Shown here piece after piece: positions 40,138 to 50,874 of a DNA stretch of 64,000 nucleotides. Below the pieces are notes generated by a model. That model was given only the letters and a program-made list of their open reading frames with translations. It searched no databases and had not been told where the DNA came from. A program made the position numbers and the translations under genes. How positions within the stretch are numbered: position 1 is the stretch's first letter; each line of letters begins with the position of its first letter. Origin of the DNA: an uncultured Nitrospiraceae bacterium (GTDB lineage Bacteria; Nitrospirota; Nitrospiria; Nitrospirales; Nitrospiraceae); the NCBI GenBank assembly GCA_963730935.1, contig CAVSTP010000004.1, positions 800,001 through 864,000 of the forward strand. Reading direction: 5' to 3'.

Positions 40138-40989
40138 ATGATGAATGATCGACGATGGAGAATGGTTTCCTGGCTCAACCTCGCGATCGTGGGACTCCTG
40201 ACGTTCACATCGGGAATCGTCCATGCCAATGAGATATCAGATCAAGTGTTGATGGCCGCTGCACAAATTGGAAAGGTGGATGCCGTGAAACGTTTGTTAG
40301 CCGAAGGGGCAAATATAGAGACGACCGACCAACACGGCAGGACCGCCCTTGATGTGGCTATCGCATTCGATCAAACAGACGTGGTGAAGTTGTTGCTGAC
40401 GGCTGGGGCCAATGTAAATGCGGGAACCGGCAATCGAAAGACTGCTTTGCACATAGCCGCCGCATCCGGGAAGACCGACATCGTGAAAGCGGTACTCGAT
40501 GCCGGGGCACGAGTCGATGTTGCCGATCAGGACGGCAATGAACCCCTTCACATCGCTGTGGCCAACCCAACAAACGGACAAATTGTGAAGGATCTGCTTC
40601 ACGCAGGAGCAAGAGTGGATGTGGCAAACAACGATGGCATGCAACCTATACACCTGGCTGCTCGGTCTGCAGGCGCGGGCACCGTCCAGACGCTCCTCGA
40701 CTCCGGTGCAAAGTCAGATGCAGTCGATCTTCACGGCCTGCGGCCCCTGCATCTAGTCGCACAAGGAGGCGCACAGAAAATCAAAGCATCTCGCACGTCC
40801 GCTAACAGTCTCACGAAGTTGCTCTACGGATGGGAATATACGATGGTCGTGAAGGTGCTGCTCTCCGGCGGTGCAAGCCTCGACGTGGAGGATAAAACGG
40901 GCAGACGCCCTATAGATTATGCTTCCGAAGGCGGCTTTTCCGAAATGGTTGACCTCTTGCTAGCCGCAGGCGCCAAACCACCGCGTTAG
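40138..40989 (+). CDS. Secreted ankyrin repeat protein
   Basis: Repeated G.TALH.A / PLH motifs. Confidence 0.9.
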   Translation: MMNDRRWRMVSWLNLAIVGLLTFTSGIVHANEISDQVLMAAAQIGKVDAVKRLLAEGANIETTDQHGRTALDVAIAFDQTDVVKLLLTAGANVNAGTGNRKTALHIAAASGKTDIVKAVLDAGARVDVADQDGNEPLHIAVANPTNGQIVKDLLHAGARVDVANNDGMQPIHLAARSAGAGTVQTLLDSGAKSDAVDLHGLRPLHLVAQGGAQKIKASRTSANSLTKLLYGWEYTMVVKVLLSGGASLDVEDKTGRRPIDYASEGGFSEMVDLLLAAGAKPPR

Positions 40990-41056
40990 ACTGTGTCCTC
41001 CTGCGAAAAGCAACGATGCCAGAAACCGTTTCGCGGCGCGTGGCGGGCCGGCCGTC

Positions 41057-41599
41057 CTAAGGCGTAATATTTGTGTATTCCTCATACGGGTCTGGAGTTC
41101 TCTCCCCCCGTCCCACCCATACAATCGCCCTTTTGTCCCTGAGTGCGCTTGCAAGGTTTTGGCTCAGGCGCACTTGATAGTTGTATTTTCCCTGATTCGC
41201 GAAACAGAGGCTGGCAGAAGAGTTCGGTTCGATAAGAGCAGAAAGGGCAATGTGCTCTTCTGTCTTGAACCCTGTGTTACATGAAATTCGGTTCGCAACT
41301 GATGATGGGAAACTGATGACAATCGGCTCAGTCAATGTGTTACGCCATTGCACCTCATCTCCCAGCCCAACAAGGACTTGGCGAGGTTCCACCTCATGTG
41401 CCACATCAACGTTGCGTATTGTGCTTTTGCCCGTTGAAGGAGAGACAGAACTGCATCCCACCAAGAGCAGTCCGAGCGCGATATGAAGGAGGCCATTAGG
41501 TGTGAGAAGCCGTTCATACAATACGTGCGTCGCGTGGAGGGCCAGCTTGGCTAAAGTCTTTCCCCTCACAATGTCCCCTCTTTTATCGCCTCCTGGCAA
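41057..41599 (-). CDS. Cupredoxin-fold-like lipoprotein (start uncertain)
   Basis: LVGC lipobox, GDEVQWRN, SLCF..GKYNY. Confidence 0.6.
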   Translation of the reverse strand: MPGGDKRGDIVRGKTLAKLALHATHVLYERLLTPNGLLHIALGLLLVGCSSVSPSTGKSTIRNVDVAHEVEPRQVLVGLGDEVQWRNTLTEPIVISFPSSVANRISCNTGFKTEEHIALSALIEPNSSASLCFANQGKYNYQVRLSQNLASALRDKRAIVWVGRGERTPDPYEEYTNITP

Positions 41600-41842
41600 G
41601 ACAGGGCGGCAAAATACAGCTTAATCCCTACCGGTGTCAGAAATCGAGACAGCTCTCTCACAAACTGTGAATCATTTCGATACCAGGAAGAGTACGCTTT
41701 CTGATTCAGCACGTATTTCCTCATTGCGACTCCCTCATCAGATTTCTTGCGTTTATCTTCCAATTCCCGCTCCGCATGAGCGGCATTCTGCTTGCTCATA
41801 GTACTCCGACAGAAGGCTCACATCATGAAGTCCTGAGGCACA

Positions 41843-42388
41843 ATGATCCAGACTGTTGTCGCTATCACGGCCTTATGCATCTTCTTACATGGAAGGAATC
41901 TGCTTGCAGCCGAGTTCAAGGCCACCGTGACTCGCGTGATCGATGGCGACAGCCTTGAGGTCTCACATGATAATCGTGCATTGACCATTCGACTGCATGG
42001 CGTTGACGCGCCGGAGATCAGCCAACCTTACGGACGCATTGCCATGGTTGCGGTCTTCCGCCAAGTATTTGGGAAGGTCGTCAGAATAGAGACGCATGGG
42101 TTGGATGCGCATGGCCGAACGATTGGAGACGTCTATTTGCCGGATGACACGCTGCTCAATCAGGAAATGGTGAGACTAGGACTCGCTTGGTGGTACTGTA
42201 AGCACTCTCACGATGAAGGTCTCCGCCAACTCGAACTTGAGGCCCGGGAGGCGAAGCTCGGTCTATGGAAAGACTCTGAAGCCAGTCCGCCTTGGATCTT
42301 CCGCCAACGTTATGGTATCGGCCTGGATTATTTTGATGGACGTTGCTTTCCCACAATACGTCTCACAGAAATAAACGCTGCAGAATAG
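41843..42388 (+). CDS. Thermonuclease (SNase) family protein
   Basis: VIDGDS, IRLHGVDAPE, GRT, A..AKLGLW. Confidence 0.9.
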   Translation: MIQTVVAITALCIFLHGRNLLAAEFKATVTRVIDGDSLEVSHDNRALTIRLHGVDAPEISQPYGRIAMVAVFRQVFGKVVRIETHGLDAHGRTIGDVYLPDDTLLNQEMVRLGLAWWYCKHSHDEGLRQLELEAREAKLGLWKDSEASPPWIFRQRYGIGLDYFDGRCFPTIRLTEINAAE

Positions 42389-42673
42389 CAACGAAACAAA
42401 GACGGCAGTTTTAAGAATTAGAAAAGGTGTCAGGAACCATTTCGCGGCGCGTAACGGACCAACGAACTGTGCACTGTTTGCGTTGCCGGGGTATGGACGC
42501 GGAGAACGTGACGGCGTAGAGTATCGACGGTCGAATATCCCGCCTACCGCCTGTGGGGGGACCCTCTTTGTGGAAATCACTCGCAGCAACGGCCACGTTC
42601 ACTATCGCAATGATCTCCCCTGCTTCTCTTCTTACCAACAGGCCCGATTGAAAGGCATTTGAAAGGCATTCCC

Positions 42674-43465
42674 ATGGAGCTAGATCTTAAAGATAAAGTG
42701 ATCGTTGTGACGGGTGCCAGCAAAGGCATCGGCCTGGCTGTGGTCAAAGTGTTGGCCCGAGAGGGTGCTCGCATCGTCGCGGGCAGCCGGACCACGACTT
42801 CAGAACTCACCAGTCTACGTGATATGCACGATCTCACAGTGATTACGGTGGACCTCGCGACGGCCAACGGTCCCACCTCACTGATTGACGCGGCAGCGAA
42901 ACGGCACGGGAAGATCGACGTGTTAATAAACAATGTCGGCATCGCGAGTCCACGCTCAGGTTTTCTTGACATCAGTGATGATGAATGGCAGCGAGTGTTT
43001 AACCTCACTTTCTTCAGCGCAGTGCGTGCGACTCGTGCGGCACTGCCCCATCTTGTCGCCAGTCGAGGCGCGATCATCAACGTCGGTTCGATCAACGCTC
43101 GATTGCCGTTTCCGATGGTGGTGGACTACTCGGCGGCAAAAGCTGCTCTCTCCAACCTGAGCAAGGCACTTTCTGAGGAATTCGCGCCGCGCGGCGTACG
43201 GGTGAATGTGGTCGCCCCCGGCCCAGTACGCACCCCCTTCTGGACGGATCCAGGCGGGTTTGCCGATGTCGTCGCCTCTGGCTCTGGCGTCAGCGCCAAA
43301 ACCGCTCTCGACGAAACCGTACCGCGCAATATGGGAATCTCTACAGGCCGCGTCACTGAGGCGGATGAGGTTGCCGGCCTTGTGGCCTACCTTGCTTCGT
43401 CGCGTGCTGCCAACATTACCGGAGCCGAATTCGTCATCGACGGCGGTCAGGTTAAGACCACCTGA
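42674..43465 (+). CDS. SDR family oxidoreductase
   Basis: TGASKGIG, NNVG, YSAAK. Confidence 0.9.
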   Translation: MELDLKDKVIVVTGASKGIGLAVVKVLAREGARIVAGSRTTTSELTSLRDMHDLTVITVDLATANGPTSLIDAAAKRHGKIDVLINNVGIASPRSGFLDISDDEWQRVFNLTFFSAVRATRAALPHLVASRGAIINVGSINARLPFPMVVDYSAAKAALSNLSKALSEEFAPRGVRVNVVAPGPVRTPFWTDPGGFADVVASGSGVSAKTALDETVPRNMGISTGRVTEADEVAGLVAYLASSRAANITGAEFVIDGGQVKTT

Positions 43466-43547
43466 TAACCGTTTCGCGGCGTGTGACGTCACCCCCTCCC
43501 CCTACTTCTCGATGGAACAAGGCTGCGTGGAGACGTAGAATGCGGCG

Positions 43548-43874
43548 ATGGCGCTGAACCTGCCCAAACCGATCGCCGAATATCTCGCTGCGGTTGAGGA
43601 TAAGAATTCGAACATACTAGCAGGGTGTTTCGCAGAAAACGCCGTCGTGCACGACGAAGGCGGGACCTATCGCGGGCGAGATGCGATCAAGGCCTGGAGT
43701 GAAGAGACACAGGGCAAGTACAACTATACGATGGATGCCCTGGATGCCTCAGTTGCCGGAGACACCGTCCGCCTCCGGGCCAAAATAACCGGCAGCTTCC
43801 TAGGCAGTCCGATAGAACTCGACTACCTCTTTATGCTCGCGAACGATAAGATCGCCTCACTCAAGATTGAATAA
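43548..43874 (+). CDS. SnoaL-like / NTF2 family protein
   Basis: F..NAVVHDEG..RGRDAI..W, GSP. Confidence 0.85.
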   Translation: MALNLPKPIAEYLAAVEDKNSNILAGCFAENAVVHDEGGTYRGRDAIKAWSEETQGKYNYTMDALDASVAGDTVRLRAKITGSFLGSPIELDYLFMLANDKIASLKIE

Positions 43875-43904
43875 GCCATTTCGCGGCGCATGGCGGGCCG
43901 ACTC

Positions 43905-44360
43905 TTAGCTTAAAAGACGCGGATCAAAAGAGAATCCTATACCGGCGTCCCACGAGATCTTTGAAAAGTCCGGATGAAGAGGGTTAAGAACATAGTTCCA
44001 TTCATGCTCGATTACTACTGATGGAACCCTTAAGACGGGACTTTTAGCGTGGTTGGCCCAATCAGAACCCAGTTGCTGTAAACCTACGGGTATAATTTTA
44101 TCTTTCCAATCGACTGGCAAGTTAGCGGTATGGATGGTTTCCATCTTAAGACTATCTGGAATTGTCGCTCTTACACTGACCAATGCATCGGGGAGTAGGT
44201 CAGAATCAACATGAACGAGATATTCTAGAGCAGCAAGAGATAGCGTACCCGAGGTGTAAACTACTGGCGTTCCAGGTTTATTCCACCGTCCTCCATAACG
44301 TCGCGCCCCCTCTCCGTCCGGGGCAGTATGCTGCTTGAGCGTAAGTCGCCAAACAATCAC
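43905..44360 (-). CDS. RES domain toxin (NAD+ phosphorylase family)
   Basis: GGRWN..G..VVYTS, LEYLVH, VPS, NYVLNP.H. Confidence 0.9.
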   Translation of the reverse strand: MIVWRLTLKQHTAPDGEGARRYGGRWNKPGTPVVYTSGTLSLAALEYLVHVDSDLLPDALVSVRATIPDSLKMETIHTANLPVDWKDKIIPVGLQQLGSDWANHAKSPVLRVPSVVIEHEWNYVLNPLHPDFSKISWDAGIGFSFDPRLLS

Positions 44361-44794
44361 TAGCCAATGACGCCGTGCTCGATCCTTCCCAGCATCGTCT
44401 CAACTACTTGAGTGCCAAGGTCAGTATCGAGGAGTTCTATTGGAGCAGTCCCCTGTAGGACCCTATGAGGTCTGGTGAGCCAGGTGGAAGCCTTTTCTTC
44501 AGTACCAAAAACATTACTGGCGTATGTCAAGATTCTGGCTAAGCGTGCTAAGCGATCGGATTCCTGTGCGGTCAGCCGTTGCTCTGCCTTCCGCCGGGCC
44601 ATTGTACGTTGTGGCACGCTAAGAATCTTGCTCATTCGAGGTAAATCTAGATGAAATTTGGAGAGAACAAATTCGAGCGATCGATATGGGAAGCCTTTAT
44701 GAATGATCGCACGAACATCTTCAGTCGATTGAACCTGTCGCTTAAAAACGCTGGCTCCGCCCAACGTTTTGAATAGCTCTTCAGCTTGAGGCAT
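44360..44794 (-). CDS. Xre/MbcA/ParS antitoxin
   Basis: RT.ARRK...ESDRL.R, W...P...L....P..LL.T..G...V. Confidence 0.9.
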   Translation of the reverse strand: MPQAEELFKTLGGASVFKRQVQSTEDVRAIIHKGFPYRSLEFVLSKFHLDLPRMSKILSVPQRTMARRKAEQRLTAQESDRLARLARILTYASNVFGTEEKASTWLTRPHRVLQGTAPIELLDTDLGTQVVETMLGRIEHGVIG

Positions 44795-44807
44795 GGCTCC
44801 CCTTCAT

Positions 44808-44850
44808 TGTCATATGGCCTAATAATAATGCCAAATGGCACCTTTGTCAA
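44808..44850 (-). promoter_or_regulatory. Sigma70 promoter of the TA operon with two palindromic operators
   Basis: TTGACA-N17-TATTAT; TGCCAAATGGCA (44829-44840) and TGTCATATGGCC (44808-44819). Confidence 0.75.
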
Positions 44851-44877
44851 TATGAGAGAAGAAGGGGAGCCTACGAG

Positions 44878-45234
44878 CTATATAGTTGGTTGCCAAACAC
44901 TTTCTACCCGTGCAATGCGGTTCAGTACTCCTCCGTCTTCGAGTCCCATGACATAACGCTGTAATACAACGGACGGACTACACTGATACAGGAACGTTCT
45001 ATCTCTACGGAATAGAGCGTCCCTAAGACCATCCTCTTCTGCACACCATTCTTCCAGTTCAAGCTCCGTACGCGCTGTCACTTGTTGCTTTTGACACCAG
45101 TGAATGCGCGCCACAATCGAGTTGCTGGTCCGTGTCGCGTGATCCACGTTGATGGGATTACGAGAGTCATTAAAAGCATGAACCGGAGCTGGCACCAGCT
45201 CTTCGGCATTCATCGGAGCGAGTAAACGGCTCAT
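44878..45234 (-). CDS. Hypothetical protein (paralogue of 55638-55979)
   Basis: ARI.WC...ART..E.E.W..E..GL.DAL...RY..GL.DG; GGAGG RBS. Confidence 0.7.
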   Translation of the reverse strand: MSRLLAPMNAEELVPAPVHAFNDSRNPINVDHATRTSNSIVARIHWCQKQQVTARTELELEEWCAEEDGLRDALFRRDRTFLYQCSPSVVLQRYVMGLEDGGVLNRIARVESVWQPTI

Positions 45235-45716
45235 GATGAACCTCCATGTAGTCAGCAGATTGGAAGCCGCTCGTCTTGCTTGCTAAGCACGTGATGACAA
45301 GATAGACGGCAGCGGGGAAACTTCACTACAAGGAGTCAGTTGGAGGATCGGTCTGAGAAGGGCTCGACATATAGCGATGATGTTCCTTGGCAGGCATGCT
45401 GAGGCCTAATAGGTCTGATTTTACATCAGGACTCGCAAAACTTAAGCCAGCCGCTACATAGGGTAAATGAACCAGTTTCTCGCGCGTTAAACCATTGTCT
45501 GTCGTGGATATGCTGCAGACCGTGTGCACAACTGTTGGTTTTTTGCTTGAGGCACGCCAAGCCTAGTCAGCTTTTCTCTGACTTCAGCACAGACCACACT
45601 TGTGGAGCCAGACCGAATAGAAGGGGTCGTTGGTTTGTAGAACCATTCGCGACGCGTGGCGGGCATTTCTAAGTTACTTCCTTGGATGGAATCTGTGACT
45701 GGCCTGAACGGCCGCT

Positions 45717-46169
45717 TTACATTCTACGCAGTGAATCTACAAAAAAATCAATCTGAGCGTCAGCCCTTTTAAGAAAAAAGCTCCTGTTGACATATAACTC
45801 TTCTTTCAAACGAGCGGCATGTTGCTCCGATATACCGCCTATATTCATCTTGTGCAGGTCCTCACACCGTTCGTTAGACACATACGCCTTCACTTGGTCC
45901 TTCAACTCCCCGGCTAAGGTGTCACTGAAAGGAATCTGAAGCTCCGAAATCAATTCGGTCTGTAACACCACCGCAGCCGTTATGATTTTCTTCACAAGGT
46001 GAATGTCGACTTGACTCCGAAGCCCTGCTGTAGAAGAGGTGGATACTTCCCCGCGTCGAACAGCGTCAGCATCGGCTTTTGAGAATTCAATGGACGACTC
46101 TTTCCTCAGTTCGACAAGCTTTGATCTCATCATTTGCTGAAATCGATTATTAAACATCTTCGGAAGCAC
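45717..46169 (-). CDS. Hypothetical protein
   Basis: 150-aa ORF with GGAGG upstream of a GTG start. Confidence 0.55.
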   Translation of the reverse strand: MLPKMFNNRFQQMMRSKLVELRKESSIEFSKADADAVRRGEVSTSSTAGLRSQVDIHLVKKIITAAVVLQTELISELQIPFSDTLAGELKDQVKAYVSNERCEDLHKMNIGGISEQHAARLKEELYVNRSFFLKRADAQIDFFVDSLRRM

Positions 46170-46425
46170 TTTCGGTTACCTCCTGGAACCAGCTTACAAC
46201 AGCGATAGGATCCTTGCCACACCGACCAGTCTCATGTTGTTCAAGAGGACAGGCGGGGACAGCCTACTTTACTAAGTGCATTCCGCGGCGCGTAACGCTT
46301 TCCTGCTCAACTTTTCCCCACAATCGCATTGGGATGAAGAATATTGCTCTGACTTTGCGGTAGATTGGACCACGCAGGCGCAAGCCGGGCCATTGCCTGT
46401 TCCTCATACCCAAAGGGATCAATCC

Positions 46426-46920
46426 ATGCGCTGCATGTCTATGCTCGTGTTGACTGTTGCAAACCTCATCGCGGCCTCCCCTGTCTACGCACTCGATGTC
46501 TGCTCGCTGGTTTCTCGATCAGAGATGGCCGCTGCCATTGGCGAGGCAATTTCCTCCGCAAAGCTCGACGGCCCAGATGAGGATCAAGCCAGCGGTTCAC
46601 AGGCGTGGACGTGTACCTACGGTTTGGCCAAGGGTGTCCTGGTTGTGAGCGTGGCAGAGTTTGCCTCTACTAGTGCGGCGAGAAACTTTGTGACCTTGGA
46701 AAACCTTCAAAAGGAATTGAAGGATGTACAAATCCAAGTCACGGAAGAGAGTGGTATCGGGGATCGTGCATTTCTGCTTACCGATGAAGAAGGCATCACC
46801 TTAACTGTCCTTAAAGGGGCCAGGTACTACGCCGTGACAGCAGGAGGGCACAAGTTTCCGCCGGATCGCCTGAAAGCCTCGCTACGAAAGATCGCCAACA
46901 TACTGCTACCAAGGCTCTAG
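46426..46920 (+). CDS. Secreted DUF3558-like protein
   Basis: DVCSLVS...CTY...GIGDRAF. Confidence 0.65.
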   Translation: MRCMSMLVLTVANLIAASPVYALDVCSLVSRSEMAAAIGEAISSAKLDGPDEDQASGSQAWTCTYGLAKGVLVVSVAEFASTSAARNFVTLENLQKELKDVQIQVTEESGIGDRAFLLTDEEGITLTVLKGARYYAVTAGGHKFPPDRLKASLRKIANILLPRL

Positions 46921-47161
46921 CCGTAACCCCGGAGTGTTGCGATCAGATGTTGACACTCTAGGTCCGAAAATTTCCCGGTGCGAGGCGGGCCGGCACATTC
47001 TTCGCTTGCCCTCCCCGTTCATTCCATAGCCTTTAGAGAGGTGCCTCTCTACCTCAGCGCAATGGAATCTCGCATTGCTTCCGATCATCTCAAGATACTA
47101 TGATGCTTCCCAAGGCTGCTCATTGATGAGGGCCATCCATTCGATAGCTAGGAGGATGCAC

Positions 47162-47692
47162 ATGCGAAGCATGCAGAAAGTCGCTGGGTTCGTGGTCGCG
47201 GCCGTAGTCAGCGGAGCCGTCTTGCTGGGAACGGCCAGCTTAGCTGTAGCGGATGAAAAAGGGAAGGGACAGGAAGCGCACAAACACTTCAAGGGCGAAG
47301 TCATCGAAAAGGGCGGCGCACTGGCCATTAAAACACAAGAAGGGACCACTTACCAGCTCAGTGAAAATGAGGCACGTCGCCAAGGTCGCGCGTTCAAAGT
47401 CGGCGACAAGGTCGAGGTGTCGGTCAACGAGAACAACGCCATCGTGGACGTGCACCTGGAAGGAGAAAAGGCCGAGCATAAGTTTGTGACGGGAAAGCTC
47501 GTACACGTTGGCAAAATGAAGAAAGAGATCAAGCTGCAAACGGCGGAGGGCGACCAAACCTTTCCGCTCCTCCTGCAGGAGACGAAAACCGGAGGCCTTG
47601 CCGAAGGAACAGAAGTCACTGTTGAGTTGAACGAGGCAGGAACGGTCATCGATTTGCACAAAGGCAAGCACGTTAGTCAAAAGAAACAGTGA
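47162..47692 (+). CDS. Secreted hypothetical protein with duplicated OB-fold-like repeats
   Basis: GDKVEVSVNE..AIVDVH / GTEVTVELNEAGTVIDLH. Confidence 0.75.
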   Translation: MRSMQKVAGFVVAAVVSGAVLLGTASLAVADEKGKGQEAHKHFKGEVIEKGGALAIKTQEGTTYQLSENEARRQGRAFKVGDKVEVSVNENNAIVDVHLEGEKAEHKFVTGKLVHVGKMKKEIKLQTAEGDQTFPLLLQETKTGGLAEGTEVTVELNEAGTVIDLHKGKHVSQKKQ

Positions 47693-47727
47693 CCCACGCC
47701 AAAGCACTTACCTGCTTCTGAGTTTAG

Positions 47728-47777
47728 AAAACACACGCCCCGTCACGTGTCATAAGGCGTGACGGGGCCCTGTTTTT
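47728..47777. terminator. Bidirectional intrinsic terminator
   Basis: 11-bp stem GCCCCGTCACG/CGTGACGGGGC with A and T tracts, between convergent genes. Confidence 0.7.
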
Positions 47778-47810
47778 CGAGGGTCAATGGGATGAAAAAT
47801 GGATCGAGGA

Positions 47811-48161
47811 TTACAGCCGGCACTGATCCTTCGAAGGAATGCAGCAGATCATCTGGACCGGGGCGCTGGGATCCGCCATAAAGCAGTGCTGCTCGTTCGG
47901 AGCGATGTAGACTGAATCCCCAGGCTTGAACAGTGTTTCTTTTCCTTCTGCTCGCACCCGTCCCGTTCCTGAAATAATATAGACTTCGTGCTCCCAGGCA
48001 TGCGTGTGGTAGGGCGTGGCGGCGCCTGCCGTCACGTCGAAGACTCGCATGGCGAAGGTTGGGGCACCGTCCTGCGCCGTGATCATCTCGCGAACCTGTA
48101 CACCGTCAGACAATCCCTGATACCTGCTTGGCGAGACATCGTTATAGGATTTGATTACCAT
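47811..48161 (-). CDS. Cupin domain protein
   Basis: HTHAWEHEVY, PNEQHCF. Confidence 0.85.
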   Translation of the reverse strand: MVIKSYNDVSPSRYQGLSDGVQVREMITAQDGAPTFAMRVFDVTAGAATPYHTHAWEHEVYIISGTGRVRAEGKETLFKPGDSVYIAPNEQHCFMADPSAPVQMICCIPSKDQCRL

Positions 48162-48231
48162 CCGTCCTCCCTCCACACGACTCAGTCATGAGATATCTTT
48201 GCCGTTCCGTCCGCGCGAACGAGGTATCCTT

Positions 48232-48543
48232 TCACGAAGAGCGGTTCTCCCTTGTTTCTCGGATAGCTTCTTTGCCCGCCGTCATGGCAGCTTCGACATC
48301 GGCCTGCCTGTTCGTCACGAAGGTCTTGCTGCGTTCAATGACGTCGTCGAGTGCAACACGCACTTCTTTACCTGCCTTGATCAAGTCTTGCAGCTTCTTC
48401 TTCGCGTAGTCTTCCAATTCCCATCGGGTTTCTTGCCCTGACTTATCGGTCAAAAGAATTCCGGCAATGGCACCGACCACGACTCCTCCGAGAAAGGTGA
48501 TGAATAGGACTGGTCCTGAATGCCTGACGTTCTGATTGTCCAT
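48232..48543 (-). CDS. YtxH domain protein
   Basis: FLGGVVVGAIAGILL..KSGQETR. Confidence 0.8.
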   Translation of the reverse strand: MDNQNVRHSGPVLFITFLGGVVVGAIAGILLTDKSGQETRWELEDYAKKKLQDLIKAGKEVRVALDDVIERSKTFVTNRQADVEAAMTAGKEAIRETRENRSS

Positions 48544-48734
48544 GTTTATTCCTCCATCAGCTTCATTTTCGCCGGCCGGCTTGAGGTGTATAGCTATTCT
48601 ATGACTTATTGACAATAAATAGTAACGGGGCAGAACAAAGCCTCTGACTCTTAATCGGCGGGGAGGAGGGGTTTGTTTTTCAGAGGGTACTGACTAGTTA
48701 CCAGAGTTAGTTTGGTGATTTGAACCGTTAACGC

Positions 48735-49427
48735 CTAGCCATTGTCTTTCGGCATGGCGGCAATGAAGGAATCGGCTTCTTGAATGGACGCGTTTAGATC
48801 CTTAATGAGTGAATTGATGTTCCCTTCCACCGAGACCAGTTCGCCTTTTAATGACGCGATTGCTTGAGCGTTCAGGTTATGCTTGAGAAAAAGAACCTGG
48901 TCTTTGAACTTTGCCAATACCGGATCCATTTTAGACTCCGCCCGCTTCATGGCTTTGATCAATTGCGCATAGTGAGAGCGCGTCTGTGTCAGTTGCTCTT
49001 GGCTCTTCTTGCGCAACGCGGAACTAGAATACTGCTTGAGTTCGGCATTCCATTCCGTAAATAAAGCTTCAGACACCTCTTCCACAGACGCAATTCGATT
49101 TCGAACCGCTTTCGCTTTGGCTTCGCTCCGCTCGTATTCGGTATTCAGGGCCTCGTATTTCTCCTGTAACTCCCCGCCTTGGATATCCAAGGTTTTGGAG
49201 AAGCGGTCGAGAGCCGATTTGAATTGCTCTTTGGCTTCCTGCTGAGCGTCACGGGCTTTTTCTACATCGCGGACCATTAGGTCGCGCTTGTGATAGCCAA
49301 ACTTTTCCATCGTTTCATAGTAGGCTGTCTGGCAACTCAATCCGGTAAGACTGAAGAACACAATCGCATATGTCAGGAGAAAGGGCCGTCTGCGAACATG
49401 TGATGGAGAATATTGAAGATGCGTCAT
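48735..49427 (-). CDS. DUF2959 family lipoprotein
   Basis: YY..MEKFG.HKRD, VLFLKHNLNAQAI. Confidence 0.85.
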   Translation of the reverse strand: MTHLQYSPSHVRRRPFLLTYAIVFFSLTGLSCQTAYYETMEKFGYHKRDLMVRDVEKARDAQQEAKEQFKSALDRFSKTLDIQGGELQEKYEALNTEYERSEAKAKAVRNRIASVEEVSEALFTEWNAELKQYSSSALRKKSQEQLTQTRSHYAQLIKAMKRAESKMDPVLAKFKDQVLFLKHNLNAQAIASLKGELVSVEGNINSLIKDLNASIQEADSFIAAMPKDNG

Positions 49428-49740
49428 GTCATCCTGTGCTAACGGTTCACGGTCAACGAGGGTACTCTATCACAACGCGCGCAGCAGCTTGTAGGTAGCC
49501 CCTTCGCTCAGACACCAATCAGGCGCCGGGAATCCTTGTTACGGAAGCATTTCGCGGCGCGTGGCGGGCCGGGTTCTCCATCTTTCTCATCACGTCCACT
49601 TCTCGCCGTAGAACTTTCTGCTTCGAAACCGTAGAATGCCACGTCTCTTGGACTTAGAAGAACCCAATGGCTCGTTTCACTCCCGTTTGTAGCAGGGCCT
49701 CATCTCACCGCGCGCTGCTCGCAGACAACAAGGAGGCAAT

Positions 49741-50301
49741 ATGAGTCTATACAAGAAATTCCGGATGAGGCCTCTCGTGGTTGGGTTGGCTATTGCCGTC
49801 CTTCGATTTGCTGGTCCCGCAAACAACGACGTGATCGCAGCAACGCTGCCTAAGGATCCCTGCGCGCTGCTCAAGCCCGCCGCGATTCAGACAGCCCTGG
49901 ATCCGAACAACAACATTGGCAGTGGAGTTCCGGATACCGGCATGCTTCCTATTGGTGTCGGCTGTACATACACGTGGGGACCCAGAACTAACGAATGGGG
50001 GCAATCCGCTCTCACAATCACCGTTATCGACGCATTGAAAGCCTGGCAGGGTCGTAGCCCCGATGTGATCCAGGATGGACTCCTTGCCAAGGCAAAAGCT
50101 GGTGGGCCGAACGCATCGCAGATTTCGGGCGTTGGCGACGCAGCGCTGTTCACCTTCGAAGCTCGTTCGTCAAATGCTACGGTAAAGGCATACTTCAAAG
50201 CAAAAGCCATCCATCTGTCGCTGATATTCCATCGAGGCGACTCTCTTCAAACCAAGGATAAAGTCATCGCGCTTCTGAAAGAAGCAGCAGCGAGGCTGTA
50301 G
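49741..50301 (+). CDS. Secreted DUF3558-like protein
   Basis: DPCALL...CTY...GVGDAA; GGAGG RBS. Confidence 0.65.
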   Translation: MSLYKKFRMRPLVVGLAIAVLRFAGPANNDVIAATLPKDPCALLKPAAIQTALDPNNNIGSGVPDTGMLPIGVGCTYTWGPRTNEWGQSALTITVIDALKAWQGRSPDVIQDGLLAKAKAGGPNASQISGVGDAALFTFEARSSNATVKAYFKAKAIHLSLIFHRGDSLQTKDKVIALLKEAAARL

Positions 50302-50424
50302 CATACGAAGGCGGAGAAATAGAGGGGGTCGACAATCTTTTCCCGATCAGAGGGGAAGAAGAAATGGTGCCAGAAACCATTTCGCAGCGCATGGCGGGCA
50401 GATTTTCTTCGTTTCTCTCATCCC

Positions 50425-50874
50425 GTGCAATGCTTTAGCAGTTACGAAATGATGAATACGTCGCAGGCCAGACTTTATGGTGTTTTTCTCGCACTTCTGG
50501 TCATGCTGAATTCAGAAACGATCTGGGCGCAGACGAATGATACATCGCCTTCCGAAAATTTCGTGGCCAGCGATATGATCGCATCCCGTAGTCAAATATC
50601 TGCCTGGTGCGGCACATTCGCGAAACCCTGGGATCATGATAGCCAACCGGAGGTAAAGTACGGGAAGGTGCGGAATGACGTCACCGAAAAACCGGATATC
50701 AACGGCATGATGGTGGCTGAGGATATGCGGTGCCGTCAGTGCCACGGGAAATGCGAGGCCGACAGCCTGAGGTGCCGGAGTCAGTGTTTGAGCGATAGCG
50801 CCTGCTTAGTCCATTGTGAAGAGCGGTCAAGCAAGTGCACCGCCAGGTGCAAGGAACTATTTCAGTGCCAGTGA
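50425..50874 (+). CDS. Secreted Cys-rich hypothetical protein
   Basis: CxxxC repeats at the C-terminus. Confidence 0.6.
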   Translation: MQCFSSYEMMNTSQARLYGVFLALLVMLNSETIWAQTNDTSPSENFVASDMIASRSQISAWCGTFAKPWDHDSQPEVKYGKVRNDVTEKPDINGMMVAEDMRCRQCHGKCEADSLRCRSQCLSDSACLVHCEERSSKCTARCKELFQCQ

